A DNA stretch of 63,309 bases, filler included, from Folioceros fuciformis (GCA_049999805.1; 5 parts of 4 records of this genome joined end to end with filler, not necessarily neighbours in it), one strand, 5' to 3'. Shown: positions 22,896-36,842, counted from the first letter of the whole stretch. The notes: a model not told the origin generated them from the sequence alone. Translations and numbers: made by a program.

Positions 22896-25800
22896 ATGAC
22901 TGTGCCGTGGGGACGTGGCGCAGGAACAGGTTCTTCGGCCAATATGTGGTTTTACGTCGCCGAGAACGGCGGCTCGTTCGAGTCGGAGTTCTCGGGTGAC
23001 ACTGCCGTGTATCGGGTGAAATCCTGGCTCGTCAGTCGCACCGGAATCGCAGTGGCTCATCAGATCCTTATGTGTGGCGTTGCTCGCTTGGATTCGCGGA
23101 AGACTCTGGCCTATTACGGTCTTCCTGATGATTCACGCCCTGTCGTGTTGTACAGTAAGCAACGGCTCGTTCCGAATGCCCCGCCTCCACCACCGGAAGA
23201 GGTGGAGAGAGATGATCCTCATCTGCCTTCGCCTTTATCGGCAACATCTAGTCACCCTTTGGATGATTGTCCTGATCCTGCCCTGAAGGTCCTACGTCAG
23301 TATGAAAGTCAGTTCACGCATCATCTTCACGAGGCGGACGCTTTTTTGGCTGCTAGCACATCAACGTTGGAAGTTTGCAAAAGGCTGCTCATGGAAATTC
23401 AGGTGCAGGAATTTGCGCTGGGTACTGGCCTGAAGAGCCTGCAACAATACGATCCGCAGTTCAATGAATTCATCAACGCCTACAACTGGCAATATGACCA
23501 ACACTCCGAGATTTTGCGGAATCTGGACAGGGACTTAAGAAGACTCCAGGCTTGTAAGCTTCATCCTGCTCTAAGATCAGAGGGGTGCACCACTTTGCGT
23601 GATTGCCTCAATGAAGCAACAGTCCAGGAAGCGGTAGAGGAATGTAAGCCTTATCTTCGACACATTTACGCAAAGGGTATGGAGTGGAAAAGCAACTTAG
23701 CAGATTTGCAGCAGACGGTGCAGGAGCTCCTAGAGCTTCAACCTGTGGTTGATGTGCGCTCCCTAGAAGCTCAAATGGAACAATATTCTTCTCTCCTAGT
23801 GGAACAGTCGAGCATACGACAGACCCTCAGGTTCTTCACTGGTGCCCTAGCTGTCTTGCCTTTTTCCTTGTGGTCACGGTGTCCTAGGTCTTGCTTATGT
23901 GCAATTTCGTTCGCAGTGATTGAAGGATGACTGCGTGCGTTTCTAGCTCTCCACTGAATCGTGCTACATTGTTGTGTTTGTCTCATCTGCAGTAAGGACG
24001 TAAAGACTATAAAGAATTTTGTAGAAGAGCGAAGTTCCAGCCAATTTTCTTCTCAATGGTCTTACGATGGGGCTTCCAATCGTAACTATATCAGACCACA
24101 TGATGCACTGTCTGCCTATCGACCTATGCTTGAAATTCATAAGGCCAAATTGCTTCCAAGAATGTCAACGTTGGATTCTCAATTTGCACAGTTTTTGGAG
24201 CACTGCGTGAGGTGTAAGAACTCTATGAGCCTTTGTGTTCACACCCGCATGCAAGGTGTAGCAGCTGTGCAGGCGATCATCAAGGGCATGTTGTCTGAGC
24301 TGCCTGTCTACAGAGAGGTAATGAGCGAGGGGCAGAATATGTTTCAGAGACTGGAAATGGTGCGGAAGGTGGGATTATGTTATAAAGCTTGTCTAGCTGA
24401 GGTAGTACGGAGGGAAAACTCCAAGAAATTATATATGGGTCAGGGGGGTCAGTTAGCTGAGAAGATGGCCCGGACCAGGGCGACAGAGGTGGCCCGACGT
24501 GATGCATTTCTCAAGACTCACGGTAAATCCCTTACTCCGGAGATATTACAGAGGATGGGTCTCTTTGAGAACCCCAGTCAATGCGTTGTAAATATTGCTC
24601 CTTATGATGAGCATTTGCTTAAGATAGATGTAGCTGATATTGACAAGTACTCCCCAGAGCACTTGAGGGGTTTATATCGTAGTGAGCTCCAGACTGCAGG
24701 CTACGGGGAAGAACAGCAGCGAGGGGAGTCTAGGGATAACAATGGTGTACATACAGAAGATGATGGTAGCATTGATGAGATAGCTGGTACAAGCCGATTG
24801 GAGGTGGAGAACACGTTTCTAAAATCTCAGCTTGCTGCTGCTGTGGCGATCATCTGCAGCCTGGATCCAGAGATGGAGGTCGAGGACGTTGGACAAGGCA
24901 AGGAGTTCGGTGATAACGCTGACAATTTAGTGGTGAGTAGCAGACTTGCTTTTCGGAAAACCACAGAGGCTCTGAGGTTGAAGGACGATTACGTGCAGCT
25001 TCTTAAACGCCAACTAGCCGTAAAAGAGGCGCAGTGCTTGTCCTACGAGAAGCGGATAAAAGACCTGGAAGCATGTAATCAGCACTTGTACATAGAAAAC
25101 CTCAAACCTTTTCCTGAAGAGCAGGGCCATCCTGTAGCAGGCGGTGAGTGTGCAGACTCAGATGTCTCTGAAGTCACAGGGCTAGGGAGGATGGGTACAG
25201 CCCCTGAGCCAATGGATGAAGGTGTGAGCAGTGAGGTTGAGTGTGGCCAAAGGCAACTTGGCCCATCAAGTACAGTGGAACATCCTTGCACCCCAGCTGA
25301 GCAGACTGGCCCCGGATGGGAAGGAGATACGACAATGTGTGACGTGTCTGCCGCCGGACTTGCTGTTGATGCTGCCATGGTTGATGGTCGGAAGGAGAAT
25401 GCAGACACCAGTGAAAATTGGGTGTCAGACAGATGTGCTGACTCTACAGAGCAGGCCAATGTAGGTAGATGTCCTGAGCTGCTCCTTCCCAAATTTACAG
25501 GAGAGACAGCAGAATGTGGAGGGGGGTTACAAGCACCCGTATCCCCAGCCGTGGAGAGGGTCACAGCTGCTCCAGAGGCAGCGAACGAGGCAGATGACCA
25601 GTTGGCATCTTTGCAGTCTGCACTGTTTGATAAAACGAGGCAGTGTGAATTGGCAGAAGTCCGGATCAAGTCAGCGGAAGACGCTGCAGATCGCCTTCGT
25701 GCGGAGCTGGATCGCCTCCACGCAGAGTTGGAAAGAAATACTGCACATGTTAATGAATGCCAGGTATGCTTGAAATGGTATGCTTTGTCTTCGTGGTTAC

Positions 25801-27162
25801 AGGTGATGGACTGATAAAATGCCTTGAATTGAATTTGTCGAAGGAAAACTGTGCTCACTTGGAGAATCGGCTACACGATGCACTACAAGAAGCAAGAACA
25901 CACCGTTGTGCCGCTGAGCGACGAGCTGCTGAGTATCAGTCTCTCCGTGCTTCAAGTGTAAGGCTCTGTGGTCTAATGGAAAGACTGAGGAACTGTATCT
26001 CTGCTACTGGAGGGGCAAATGTGTTTACAGAATCTCTACGGGCACTTGCTATATCTGTTTCAAGGTGAATTTGCTGAAAACCCTCTCATTCTCTGAACTT
26101 GCAGAACAAGCATAGGAAGTTGTTGGCTGACCTTGATTTCTGGTGTTGGCAGTACCAGTGATGCCGGTGATGATGCAGCTGAGTTTCGTGCATCCATCAG
26201 GGTTTTAGCAGATAAAGTGGGAACTCTTGCTCAGCAACGAGCTGAGTTGCTGGAGCGTTGCAGCATTGCAGAGAGTGCGCAAACTGGTCTGAAGAAAGAC
26301 CTGGAGGAAAAGTCTGAGTTGTTGAAGAATTTCTATGCTAAGCGGAAGGCGGAGAAGCAGGTACTCAATCAGCCATTGTTTTCAGATTTTTCACCTTAAG
26401 AGCCTGAAGAGTACCTTCTCCCTTTTACATCTACCCCTTGTCAACCGTTTGGCTTTTATACAGACATGGGTCCCATCCCAGGACCGGTTGAGGAATTTTA
26501 CCTGATTGTGTGGTTTTCATCCTCCCGTTGATTAGTACCTTATTTTCCCCCTTTTCTGTTTTAGTAAATTTCAGACTGGCGTCCTTCCCACCGAGATTCT
26601 TAACTGTCGATCGGATCGAGACATGGGGTTTGTCCTTGTATATTAGCTTTTCTGTTTCCTACAGGCTGTCCTACTCAAAGTGGACTTTCTTATCATGCCG
26701 CCTTTGTGGGGTCCTGGATCAAGAGTTGAATAACTGTTGAAGACTTTTCATGCTTATCATGTGATAGTCAATGCGTTTGCATGGCAGGCAAGCAAGGAGA
26801 AGATATGCTTCACACGCTTCAATGTGCATGAGCTTGCGGTGTTTATGCCGAATGCTGATGGTCATTACGAGGCTATAAATGTGAACTGTCCAAACTACTA
26901 CTTGTCTGACGAATCTATTGCATTGTTTTTGGAGCATCCTCCAAATTCACAACAGTATATTGTGGGTCAAATAGTACACATTGACCGGAATATGGCAAGG
27001 CCACCACCTGACGGTGGTTGTCCTCCATCTGGGAATGGGAGTAGCAGTGAGGCAATCACAGGAGGGGTTCCGAAATGTCGCACTAACCCTTATGGCTTAC
27101 CCATTGGAACAGAATATTGTGTTGTTACGGTGGCCATGGCTCAGATTTCACTTGTGCCTTGA
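22896..27162 (+). CDS. ATG11: Autophagy-related protein 11; exons about 22896-23830, 23993-25763, 25844-26064, 26153-26360, 26788-27162
   Basis: N-terminal YVAENGGSFE ubiquitin-like region, HPLDDCPDPALKVL, YKACLAEVVRR, NCAHLEN.LH.A..EARTH.CAA.RRA.EY, and C-terminal KEKICFTRFNVHELAVF..NCPNYYLSDES..NPYGLPIGTEYCVVTVAM. Confidence 0.95.
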
Positions 27163-27684
27163 GATTGTCCCCAATCCTCTTCTGTCTGGTTGGGTGGCAC
27201 TTTTAACTGTAATGTTCATCTGAGCAGTGTGTATCTGAGCAGGGTTTATGATCGTGAATTTGACCACACTTGTATATTGTGCTTCCTTCATCTATTTGAA
27301 CGGCAGCTGGAAGGGGAAGGTCCTTATGCTGGAGATTGTAAAAGAGCAGGAGACCTTTGTTTTCTGTCTTTGGAGTTTCCACCGGCCTGACAGTAGGCTG
27401 TGCACGAAAGACGAAAAGTCTTCAGACAGCTGGTGAAAGCTGGTTAATAGGATTCATTTTATGTAGGGAAGTAGTCACAGGTACACAGAACAAATTTGTA
27501 CAAATTATCGCTCCATGATATGAATTTTAGGAAGAAAATACGAATGTAAAGATTTTAAAAACAAACAGACTGGAAATGGTGAAAACGTTGCACTTCACAC
27601 ATTACACCCTCGGTTGAAAACTTGTTCCTAGACACTCCCAATAGTGGAATACAACATGTACAACACCTCGATCAACCCCACAGG

Positions 27685-30185
27685 TCACACACCAGAATGA
27701 TCTACATTTCTGTCAATTCCCCAGTACATGATGAGCCCAGTGCTGATCAATATAGCTCCTACTCCAACGAAGCTAGTGATTGACACCGCTTTACCTAAAA
27801 ATATAACCTCAAGCAAGTACAGGAAGACGACCTGCGAAACACGAGGAAATGTCAGGACCGCAGAGCTACAATCGGAATGTGAACCTATGCGAACCGCAAA
27901 GGAGCACCTGAAGATACAACATGAAAGTCGCTCGTCCTGCCTTCTCCAACTGCAGAGCTCGCGCGCAAAGAACCTGCCAGTTCCAGGATGGACCCAAGGT
28001 TACAGTACAACTTTCTCTATGTGGTCGCTCTTCTGTACCTCAATTTACCTGGCCCAGTAGAGCGATGAAGCTCACTAATATCATCCCAAGAAACTCTAAG
28101 ATCCCCGGCATCACAAACGTCTACAATCGACATCGAAGCTGTCAGGTTTGTGCCAAGGAAATGCTCAGACACATCTGTAAATGCCTGTCACGTAGAAGTT
28201 GATGTACCTGGAAGAAGAACATGCACAGCAAGGATGCAGGGCATGCAAGCACTGCAAATGCAAACACCGCAACTCTGCATCATTGCAATTGACAGCGTAA
28301 GCCATACATTTGATGTCGGCCTCAAACCCCTACACCTTTCATGGGAGTTTCAGGTATGGACTTACAGAGGTGGTTCTCCAGCCCTTCCAATTGCTCTAAC
28401 CAAGCAGAAAGAAGCTGCCCCAAAAGCAGCAGCAATTAGTGCTATGACTACTGAGAGAATATAATAGCTACTTGGAACAGGGATCCACGATACCATGCTC
28501 TCCCCTCCAAGGGCTTGACCTGCAAAATGGATAAACCCATGAAGTAAGCGGACAGCTTCACGATCCTAGAGACTGATAAACTCTTCAGGACAAAAAACTG
28601 ACTGATAAAAATGACCTCTCAGAAGGGTTGGCAGCATGACGAGGACAACACCCACAAGATTGCATGCTGAACCTGCACAGCTGTGATTTCAATATACATA
28701 CTAACGTACAAAAACACATGAATGTGCTCAGAACCGTCCAGTCGATAATAACTTCAGCACTGGCAGTCCATCCAACCCTTACCTGCCATATCTTTGACTG
28801 CCCAGTTCTCATTCAGAGTAAATCTGGCCAGGATGGCAGTGATTGCGAGGCTGGTGAAGCTGAGCACGGTTGCATCTTCTGTGGGAAGCGCATGGATGCT
28901 GCAAGAGATTTTTTGAAGTGGCCAACATGGTGCCTGTCAAAGGCTGATGCAAAAGAAATGATGCCCAAGCATGCCAGATGGTTATTAACTTCCTAAGCTA
29001 TCACCAAACATGACGCCGACTGCCAAACAAGCGAGTATTTCACAAATTAGGTGACATGCGACAGCTAAACCAGCAACAATGCTTTGGCTACTAGTGAGCT
29101 CACCTGTACAGGAAACCACAGAGTCCAAGGAATCCGGTAACAGCTCGAGCAACCAAAAGATCCCTCACGTTGTTGGAAAGTTCAAAGGCATATCCAGTTC
29201 GCTTTAGACCAATGAATGAGACCACACCAATCACCGCGCATCGAATGAATACCGTCTCAAAGAATGGCACTGAATGCACTGTGTAGCGGACAGATGGCTT
29301 CAGTGACCCAAGAACAGTCTCTGAGCTCGTTTGCATTCTCAGAAGCCAGGACTACACCACGACCTACTCCATTGCATGCAGAAATGGGATCAAATGAACC
29401 AGGACTCAGCGACCTGCAAGAAGCTTGACAAGAAGCCCCATTAAGCTATAAGCAAGAGATGACAAAGTCATGCACACTACTCCAGAAAAGCCGGATCCAC
29501 CCCATATCCACCACAGGGCTTCAGTCAAACCGGCGAGCTCAGTGGAGTTGAAATTTTTTTGCCTTCGTTCCTGCAAGACCGACCACCTATCAGAATCTCA
29601 TCAGAAAACTACCTACATGCAACCTGCAGGAAACACGCATTTTCATGCCGCCTGTCTGAAGCTAACTTTCAGACTGCAAGCACAGAGAGTCCATGGACAG
29701 ATTCTAGCACCAGGTACTCCAGCCCTGTGTGCGGTACCTTCCTTCACACGTCTACAACACACCTCATTTGGCCGCAAGACTTTTCACCTTGGCACGACGC
29801 TCACCTTAGATGAAGATTGTGAAGCAAACAGGGATGAAAACTGGACGCGCTTCACTGTCACAGACGTGGAATGAGACGGACTGGACAAGGACTTTGTTGT
29901 AAGGGTCCGCGGTGATCCAGTCAACGGGACAAGTTCGCTTCCCCCATGATCGTCATCAATGTGCGCAGAACCCACCTTGGATTCCCTTCCTCGCTCTGAG
30001 TTCACACGGGATCTCGATGGGGACAGAGCCCTCCCCTCCCTCTCTGCCAGCACTCTAGATCTGGAAGGAGACTCAGGCCTGTCATAGGCCTTGGCAGTCC
30101 TCACAGGACCCACGTTGGCAGGCCTCTCCAGATTCAAAACATACTCATCCGGCCGAGAAGCTGGAAAATCCGTATTGGAAGCCAT
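27685..30185 (-). CDS. EamA/drug-metabolite transporter (SLC35G-like, At2g05755-like), multi-exon
   Basis: WWIWGGSGFSGVVCMTLSSLAYSLMGLLVKLL, PFFETVFIRCAVIG, LLVARAVTGFLGLCGFLY-SIHALPTEDATVLSFTS and last exon LITSFVGVGAILISTGLIMYWG..V*. Confidence 0.85.
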
Positions 30186-31270
30186 CCAAAGTGACAAATA
30201 GAAGGAACCCACAATGCGCTGGTATCATGGGCGAGCTGCAGCATCACAGGAAAACCACCACCTTCGCTTGAAGATCAACCAACCACCCTCCATGGCAAAT
30301 CTAAAGGAAGAGAAACCCATGCCGACACGATTTCATTGCCACCTACACTTCATGGTAAAAGATGTTCCAGCAAGACCACCTCAACAACTTCCTGCATGAC
30401 TGTGCATGCCCCGTGTGCGTGCGTCCCAGACTTCAGACGGACAAGGAATTTCGGGCATTCGCGGGTGCGACCAGATTGCATCCGTCAAGCCTGAAAGAGC
30501 AGCTATTATAGGGAATAGACGCATCATAATTTTATTTCACCCAGCAGGGTTGAAAATACGTACTGCATGTATGTAGTGTATGTAGGTTGCGTTGCGTGCG
30601 TTGCGTTGCGGTCATGACATGACGTCTCGACTTGATTTAGTCTAGCTACGTATGTACATATGTATTTCATTTTCTCTTTTCCTTTTCCTTTTCCTTTCAG
30701 CACCCGTTTGTTTTACCTGATACTGTATCCACCTCCATACATACTGTACATGTTCTATCAGGGCGGTCTGCGGAGAAAAGGAGGCGACACAGGTGGAGAT
30801 TGTCAGGGGATCTGTGGTCGCTGATTGGTCGCTGTCCAGCTTCCGAATTCCTGTACCAGGCAATTTTTCCTTGTGCTTCGATTGCTGTCTGCTGGAAGTG
30901 GAGTATGCTGCTTCGCATCTGGACGGCGTCTACTCTCAGATTTGTGCCTGTGCCTGTACGTTGCTGGCTGGTGACGGTGTTTTGCGCCTGTGTGTTTTGG
31001 GTTTTTGCAGAGCACGGGCTGTCCCGTCCCCCACGAGTTTGAAGCTCTTGGATCGTGTGGTTGCAGGTCGTGGATGTGGACGCAGGTGTAGTGGCTGCCA
31101 TAGCCTCTTTCGTTGGGTATTGGGTGCAATTCGAGCAACATGCTCATCTCTGACCTGTGATATACTCTTCTTGCTTTGTGCCAGGATTTGCGGGGCATCC
31201 TTGTCGGAGCGTGAGAAGGAGGTGGAGGAGGGTGCGACGTCTTCCCACCTAGTCATAAGCTCAGCTTTTC

Positions 31271-33733
31271 ATGTCCAGCTTGTCCACTCCTGGAGCCGCA
31301 TCAGCCTCTACTTCCAAGCATCTTCCTCTGCCCCCGGCCCTTAACCATGGACTTTCAGCAGGTGACAGCTCCGTCGTCCTTCGTTCTCCCCCTTCCACGG
31401 GGGGAGACGAGGGGCTGGTGCGAGGGTGTAGGTCTGTTGGTGTCGATGGTGAAGGGGGCCAGGAACATCTCGACGGCGGGCGCAAGAAGGTGCTCAATCC
31501 TTTTGCCCAGGAGTTTGTCCCGGGCCCGCCTCACCATCAGCCCGATGCTGGGGAGGGCTTTAGAGCAACAGCCGGGGTCTCTGATGATGGTGTGAGCCAT
31601 GGAGACGAGGCAGGGAAGCAGATTGCGGGTCCCATTTCCAATCCTCCTCCGAACCACGCTGGTGGTCTCACGAGCAGCTTTGGTGGAAATCGCAGGGGTT
31701 CTCGCTGCAAGCGAGGAAATTCTCAGGCGCCTGCCCCTGCGTCTGCACCTATACCTGCTGCATCTTCGGGAGGACGCCGAGGGCAAATGTTGAATGCTAA
31801 CCACTTGTTAAATTTTCAGTATGATCGTTTTCAGCGACCACCCTCACGACCTGCTCCACCGCAGCGTGGCAAGCAGAAGCAGCGGCCTCAGCCCTACAAC
31901 AAGGAGCTTTTCTTGCAGGCCAACTTCCGGTTTCTGGTGTCGGATTTGGGTGATTATGCACAGAACGCCAGTGACCCCGACAAGATGCTGGAGTGGGAAG
32001 ACGTGGCAGCGGTGAACGTGTTAGCACCTCAGCCTCTACAGTGCCCCATCTGTCTGGATAGTCCACCTGTGTGCCCCCAGATCACGTCTTGTGGCCATAC
32101 GTTTTGTTTCCCCTGTATTCTGAGGTATATGATGATGGGGGAAGAGAATCCGAGTGGGGACTACTACAAGAAGTGCCCTCTGTGCTTTGCAATGATCTCT
32201 TGCAAAGAGATGCGCACAGTATCAGTGCACAGCGTGAAGCAGTACGAGGTTGGTGATGTCCTCAAGTTCACCCTGCTTGTTCGGCGAAAGGACTCCATCA
32301 TACCATTTGAGAGCAGAGGGAGGCGGAGCTCTCTGTCATACAGCACAGATGGGTATTGCCAAGTTTTCTCCAAGTTTTCCCTCACCTCGGATGCAGAGCA
32401 AACTACCAATAAAGCTCTGTCAGAGCTGAAGGAATGGATGGAGAGAGTGCAGGTGGAAGGCTCGAATGAGGATCTTGAGTTGCTGCCTTATGGGTTGGCA
32501 GCGACTGAGCAAGTGCAGCGGAGGAAAGTGGCTTGGGGACAGCATAGGGCGTCGGAGTTCTTGAGCAGTAGCCCTAATGTGAGACAGAGGATTATGGCCC
32601 AAGCCAAAGCAGGTGAACAGCTTGCAGAGAGGGTGGGAAATCTTGAATTGGAAGGCCAGCGGCAAAGTCCCTCAACTGGAAAAGGAGGATTCTCAAGAAA
32701 GGTAGATGTTGCAGCAGAGACAGAGGCAGCCCTGGCGGAGCTAAGAGAGAGGGCTGGTTGGGTGTACGAGAGCGCTTTCTCGGATGATGAAGGTGAAGAA
32801 AAACCAGAGGGGCGGGTGAGGAGCTCGAATCAGCGTAATCTGGTTCAGTGGGAGCAGTGGGTTCCAGATCATGGGGTAGAAGTGGCTGAAGGCAAAGAGG
32901 CAGAGGCGAAGGAGGATGCTGGAGACGAAGAAGCAGAGTCGTACTACTTCTATCAGGCGGCAGACGGGCAATCACTGATCCTCCATCCACTTAACATGAA
33001 ATGCCTTCTGCAGCATTTCAGGACTTACGAGGCTCTCCCTTCCAGTATACAAGCGAAACTGGTGGAGTTGGAAGCTGTGACCCAGACAGAAGCAGCAAGG
33101 AAGCGATTCCGTTATCTGAGCCACCTTCCTTTGACAACAACCTTCTACCTTTGCGAGGTAGATCTAAGAGATCAGATTCCGGCAACAGCCTTCCATCCTT
33201 TTTCAGAAGAGCTGCGGATCAGGCAGAACCGACGCCAACGGGTTGAGCAGTTGGAGAAGCAGCAGAGAAAAGAAGAGCAGCGGCTTGCAGCAGCGACTGC
33301 ATCCGCTAAGTCTGTGCGATTTCCTCATGCAACGGACTTCGTTCCCATCGTAAAGTCTGCAAATGCCGCTGACAATTCTGAGGTCCTGGACACAGGGGCG
33401 GTGCAACCAGGCAGTGCCCCGTCACCGAGCCCCCCAGGGTTGGAAGAACGGAAACGTTTTTCCAGCGTTGCAAAACTGGGTTATGCCTCAGGACATGACG
33501 CACCCAATCTGTCTGAGACCAGGGCAGTAGATGCTTCGTCTCCTTCCCAGTCGTCTGAAACAGGCGGAAGCAGTGGCGCAACCCCACTTACTTTTGCTGC
33601 CATTATCCAAGCTCAGGTTAATGCAAAGCCCAGCCAGGAGGAGAGTCAAGGGCTCCGGGGTTCTGGCAGTGGTAAGAAAACGAAGAAGGGTGTAAAAGTG
33701 CTGTTGTCAACAGCTGGGGGAAGACGATACTGA
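31271..33733 (+). CDS. RNF10: RING finger protein 10 (RNF10/Mag2)-like E3 ligase, intronless CDS
   Basis: NANHLLNFQY, YNKELFLQANFRFLVSD, C3HC4 RING CPICLDSPPVCPQITSCGHTFCFPCI..CPLC, YYFYQAADGQ..ILHPLNMKCL, RKRFRYLSHLPL and VLLSTAGGRRY*. Confidence 0.93.
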   Translation: MSSLSTPGAASASTSKHLPLPPALNHGLSAGDSSVVLRSPPSTGGDEGLVRGCRSVGVDGEGGQEHLDGGRKKVLNPFAQEFVPGPPHHQPDAGEGFRATAGVSDDGVSHGDEAGKQIAGPISNPPPNHAGGLTSSFGGNRRGSRCKRGNSQAPAPASAPIPAASSGGRRGQMLNANHLLNFQYDRFQRPPSRPAPPQRGKQKQRPQPYNKELFLQANFRFLVSDLGDYAQNASDPDKMLEWEDVAAVNVLAPQPLQCPICLDSPPVCPQITSCGHTFCFPCILRYMMMGEENPSGDYYKKCPLCFAMISCKEMRTVSVHSVKQYEVGDVLKFTLLVRRKDSIIPFESRGRRSSLSYSTDGYCQVFSKFSLTSDAEQTTNKALSELKEWMERVQVEGSNEDLELLPYGLAATEQVQRRKVAWGQHRASEFLSSSPNVRQRIMAQAKAGEQLAERVGNLELEGQRQSPSTGKGGFSRKVDVAAETEAALAELRERAGWVYESAFSDDEGEEKPEGRVRSSNQRNLVQWEQWVPDHGVEVAEGKEAEAKEDAGDEEAESYYFYQAADGQSLILHPLNMKCLLQHFRTYEALPSSIQAKLVELEAVTQTEAARKRFRYLSHLPLTTTFYLCEVDLRDQIPATAFHPFSEELRIRQNRRQRVEQLEKQQRKEEQRLAAATASAKSVRFPHATDFVPIVKSANAADNSEVLDTGAVQPGSAPSPSPPGLEERKRFSSVAKLGYASGHDAPNLSETRAVDASSPSQSSETGGSSGATPLTFAAIIQAQVNAKPSQEESQGLRGSGSGKKTKKGVKVLLSTAGGRRY

Positions 33734-35471
33734 TGGTATGTTCTTGCGCACAGTATGTAGGCAAGAGTAACCCTACCTCGCTGCCTTTGCAGATGTCTAA
33801 CCCCAGCCGTTTTCCTGTTGCTTGCTACCTAGTATCCCTGTTTTTTTTTGTGTGTGTGCCTGTGTGTCTTTTCTGAAGGAGCATCTGTTCCCAATTGGGG
33901 TCACTCACTACTATTATAATGGAAAAGTACAGGTGTATGTATCCACAAGCAGCGATTTCCCGTCCTCAGTCTGAACAGGCCTGGCCTCTAGAAATCGTTA
34001 AGGGATGTGAGCGTGGCAAGTCCGGGTGCATGGTCTCAGGTTTGGGCATCCCTGGGAGCTCAAGGCCGCCGGTGCCTGTGGCAGCGCCCACCAAACGACA
34101 AGGGATGCCGATTGTATCAGGATATTGTAACAATGTGGTTCAGTCCTGTCTTGGTCCTTTGACCTGTCAGCTAAACGCTCTTCACCGCTTTTTCCGTAGC
34201 AGACAGCTACAGTACCTCCCGCGGGGTCCTGGGCCCGGGCCTGGATCTGGACGCCATCTCCGTCCTGTAAGAGGCCACATGAGATCGTCAGTTCAAAACA
34301 GTGAAGGACACACACAGCTCGAGCAAGACAAGAAAAGGAGGGGAGCAGCACCGACTCCGCCGCTTCGTTTTCGAAAGGCTTAGTCCATAATGCCATGTGC
34401 TGACACTGCCGTTAGCCAAAGAACTCGGAACAAGGCGGAGAGCGGAGAGCAGCAGGTTCCCGGTAAAGTGTACATTTGTACATACGTGTGTACGATGTAC
34501 ACAGTACGCCGCTACCTCATAGTGACAGTACCGCTCTGCCGACTCCTGACATGATGATTCTCTTTGAATAGAAATGGTTCGAGGCGATGACGCGATCCCT
34601 TGTTGAGATCTGTCATCATGATTCCCCGGGATGATTCTTATTCGGAATTGACGGGAAATCTCACACGAATGAATGCAGGTCGAGGCCGGTATTTGACAGT
34701 CAAGGCAAAGTTCATTGCACTCCGCCATTCAAAGGATATGGTCTTCGTTTTCTGGTCTTGGGCTGACGAGTGCCTAACTACACTGCCTGCATCACGACCA
34801 AAGGCAGAGTCTTCCAGCAATGGCCAACGCCAGAAACAACAAGGCTAGCCAGGGCGCAGATAATCTCAATCCACAATTGAACCATACAAGGTTTCGGTTC
34901 AAGCACCACATAGCACAAGATATGCTTTTCTATACGTACTCAACCGAGAAAGACACTTTACAGAACATGATGACAAGACAACACCAGCTCGCAGTACTCC
35001 GTGGTCCTCCGGCTGAAACCTGTTGTTTCTGCACTACAGGGTTGGGTTTCTGCTATACCACCCTCTCTAGAATCACTAAATTAAATGGGAGGGAGGTCCG
35101 CACGGGATAACATGGTACATCCAACATGGCTAGTAGTAAGGTTTACCCAGCCGAAACAGATCACATCAATATATGCATAGGTGAGTGTGACACAAGCCCC
35201 AACCTTCCCACCACCACGACTTCCACCACCTAGCCCTGGATATACTAATATCGAACACAAGCCACAATGACCCTTCAACATATATCCTGCAAGAGAGAGA
35301 TCTCTCAGCCGGGTTGCACTCCCTGCTAGAAATACGAAGTTCCCCTTTTCCTGGGGTCGACTCGTCCCCACGGATGGAAGTCCTCACGTCGTGAAGTCCG
35401 ACATCCAGGAAAGACAATGACTTGGGGTACTGTAGGGCCTGACTTGAGAACCGGAAATACACGGCCTTAAT

Positions 35472-36842
35472 TCAATAAGGCCGGACCACGCCATGCCTGT
35501 CAGAGGTAGGCGCCCGATTGTGGCGTTGTTCTCTGAAGAGCCGAAGAAGAGCTGATGCCTGAAAGGAAAGGAAAGTTGAAAGTGTTAGAGCCTCAATGCA
35601 CAACAAGATTCAGCAGTACACGCTTGGAGCTGGAGGACGAAACCCAGGGCCAAGAATTACCTTTTCTTTGGCGCGAGCAGTGCCAGTTTGAGAAAGGGCG
35701 TGCAATGGTGGTATAGCTCCTTCTCGCAACACCATAGCTCGATGTTTGTTGCTTACCATACATAACTGCAGAAGAGCAGCTGCAGCATTCTCCTTTCCTC
35801 GAGGAGACCCAGCTTCGACGACCTCCACAAGTGCAGGAATACCTCCTTCATCTCCAATAGCAACCTTACCCTCAGGTATAGTTGCCAAATTGGCCAAAAC
35901 TGCCACTGCCTTGTCCACCATGCCAGCGGCAGGATCCGACATGAGCTCAACTAGGGGTTTGATAGCCCCATGTCGCACGATCCTGGCCTTGTTGTCATGG
36001 TAAATGGAAAGGTTGAAAAGTGCAGTGGCTGCATCCTTCTTTCCCCTTGGAGAACCGTTGATAAGTAAATGCACCAAGGGCGGGATGGCACCAGAAGCTC
36101 CAATGGTCACCTTGTTGTCATCCATAACCGACAAGCTGAAGAGCGTAGCAGCAGCGTTCTCCATAGCCTCCGGGTTCCCGACCTTGAGCACATGCACTAG
36201 AGGATCGATGGCACCCGCAGCCGCGATCTCCGACTTGTTGATGTCGTTGATGGATAGGTTAAGCAGCGCAGTTACTGCATTCTCTTGCGTCTTGGCATCG
36301 TGAGATCTCAAGAGCGCAACCAAGGGCCGCACAGCTCCGGAATTGGCAATAGTGATCCGGTTCTCCATGTTGAACTTGGCCAGCAGCCGCAATTCGGCCG
36401 CGGCAGCCCGGTGCACCTCAACAACGTCAGACTGCAGATCCAGCACCAATTGATCCACCCTCTGCTGCGTGGCATCGTCCGTGCCGGACATGACATCAGG
36501 CACAGCGGCGGGCACGATCCTCGGCATGGAATGCTCCCGATCCTCCCCTCGCCTCCTCCACACCATGGACGGCCTGTCCGGAACACGCGCCGGAGACCCC
36601 GGCTCATCGCTAAAGCCCGGGGACGCCACCTGCAACTGGTGGTGCGCAGAGGGCGGCAGCCCATCCAGCTCCCCCGAGAAATCACTGAAGGAAAAGGCTC
36701 CATTAACCGAACGAGGAGAGTCGGCGTGCACCACGTCTGCAGCGGCAGAATTCTGCGCATCCTCCTGGCTAGAAGACGCACTGGATCCAGACGACGTACG
36801 GCTGTGGTCGACAAGGAAATCTCCTTCCCCTGCACCCCCAGC
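35472..36842 (-). CDS. ARM-repeat C-terminal part of a PUB4-like U-box E3 ligase (5' end lost in the gap)
   Basis: AAAELRLLAKFNMENRITIANSGAVRPLVALL, QENAVTALLNLSIN, RGKKDAATALFNLS and RGKENAAAALLQLC. Intron 35559-35660, last exon ASALLRLFREQR..PY*. Confidence 0.9.
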
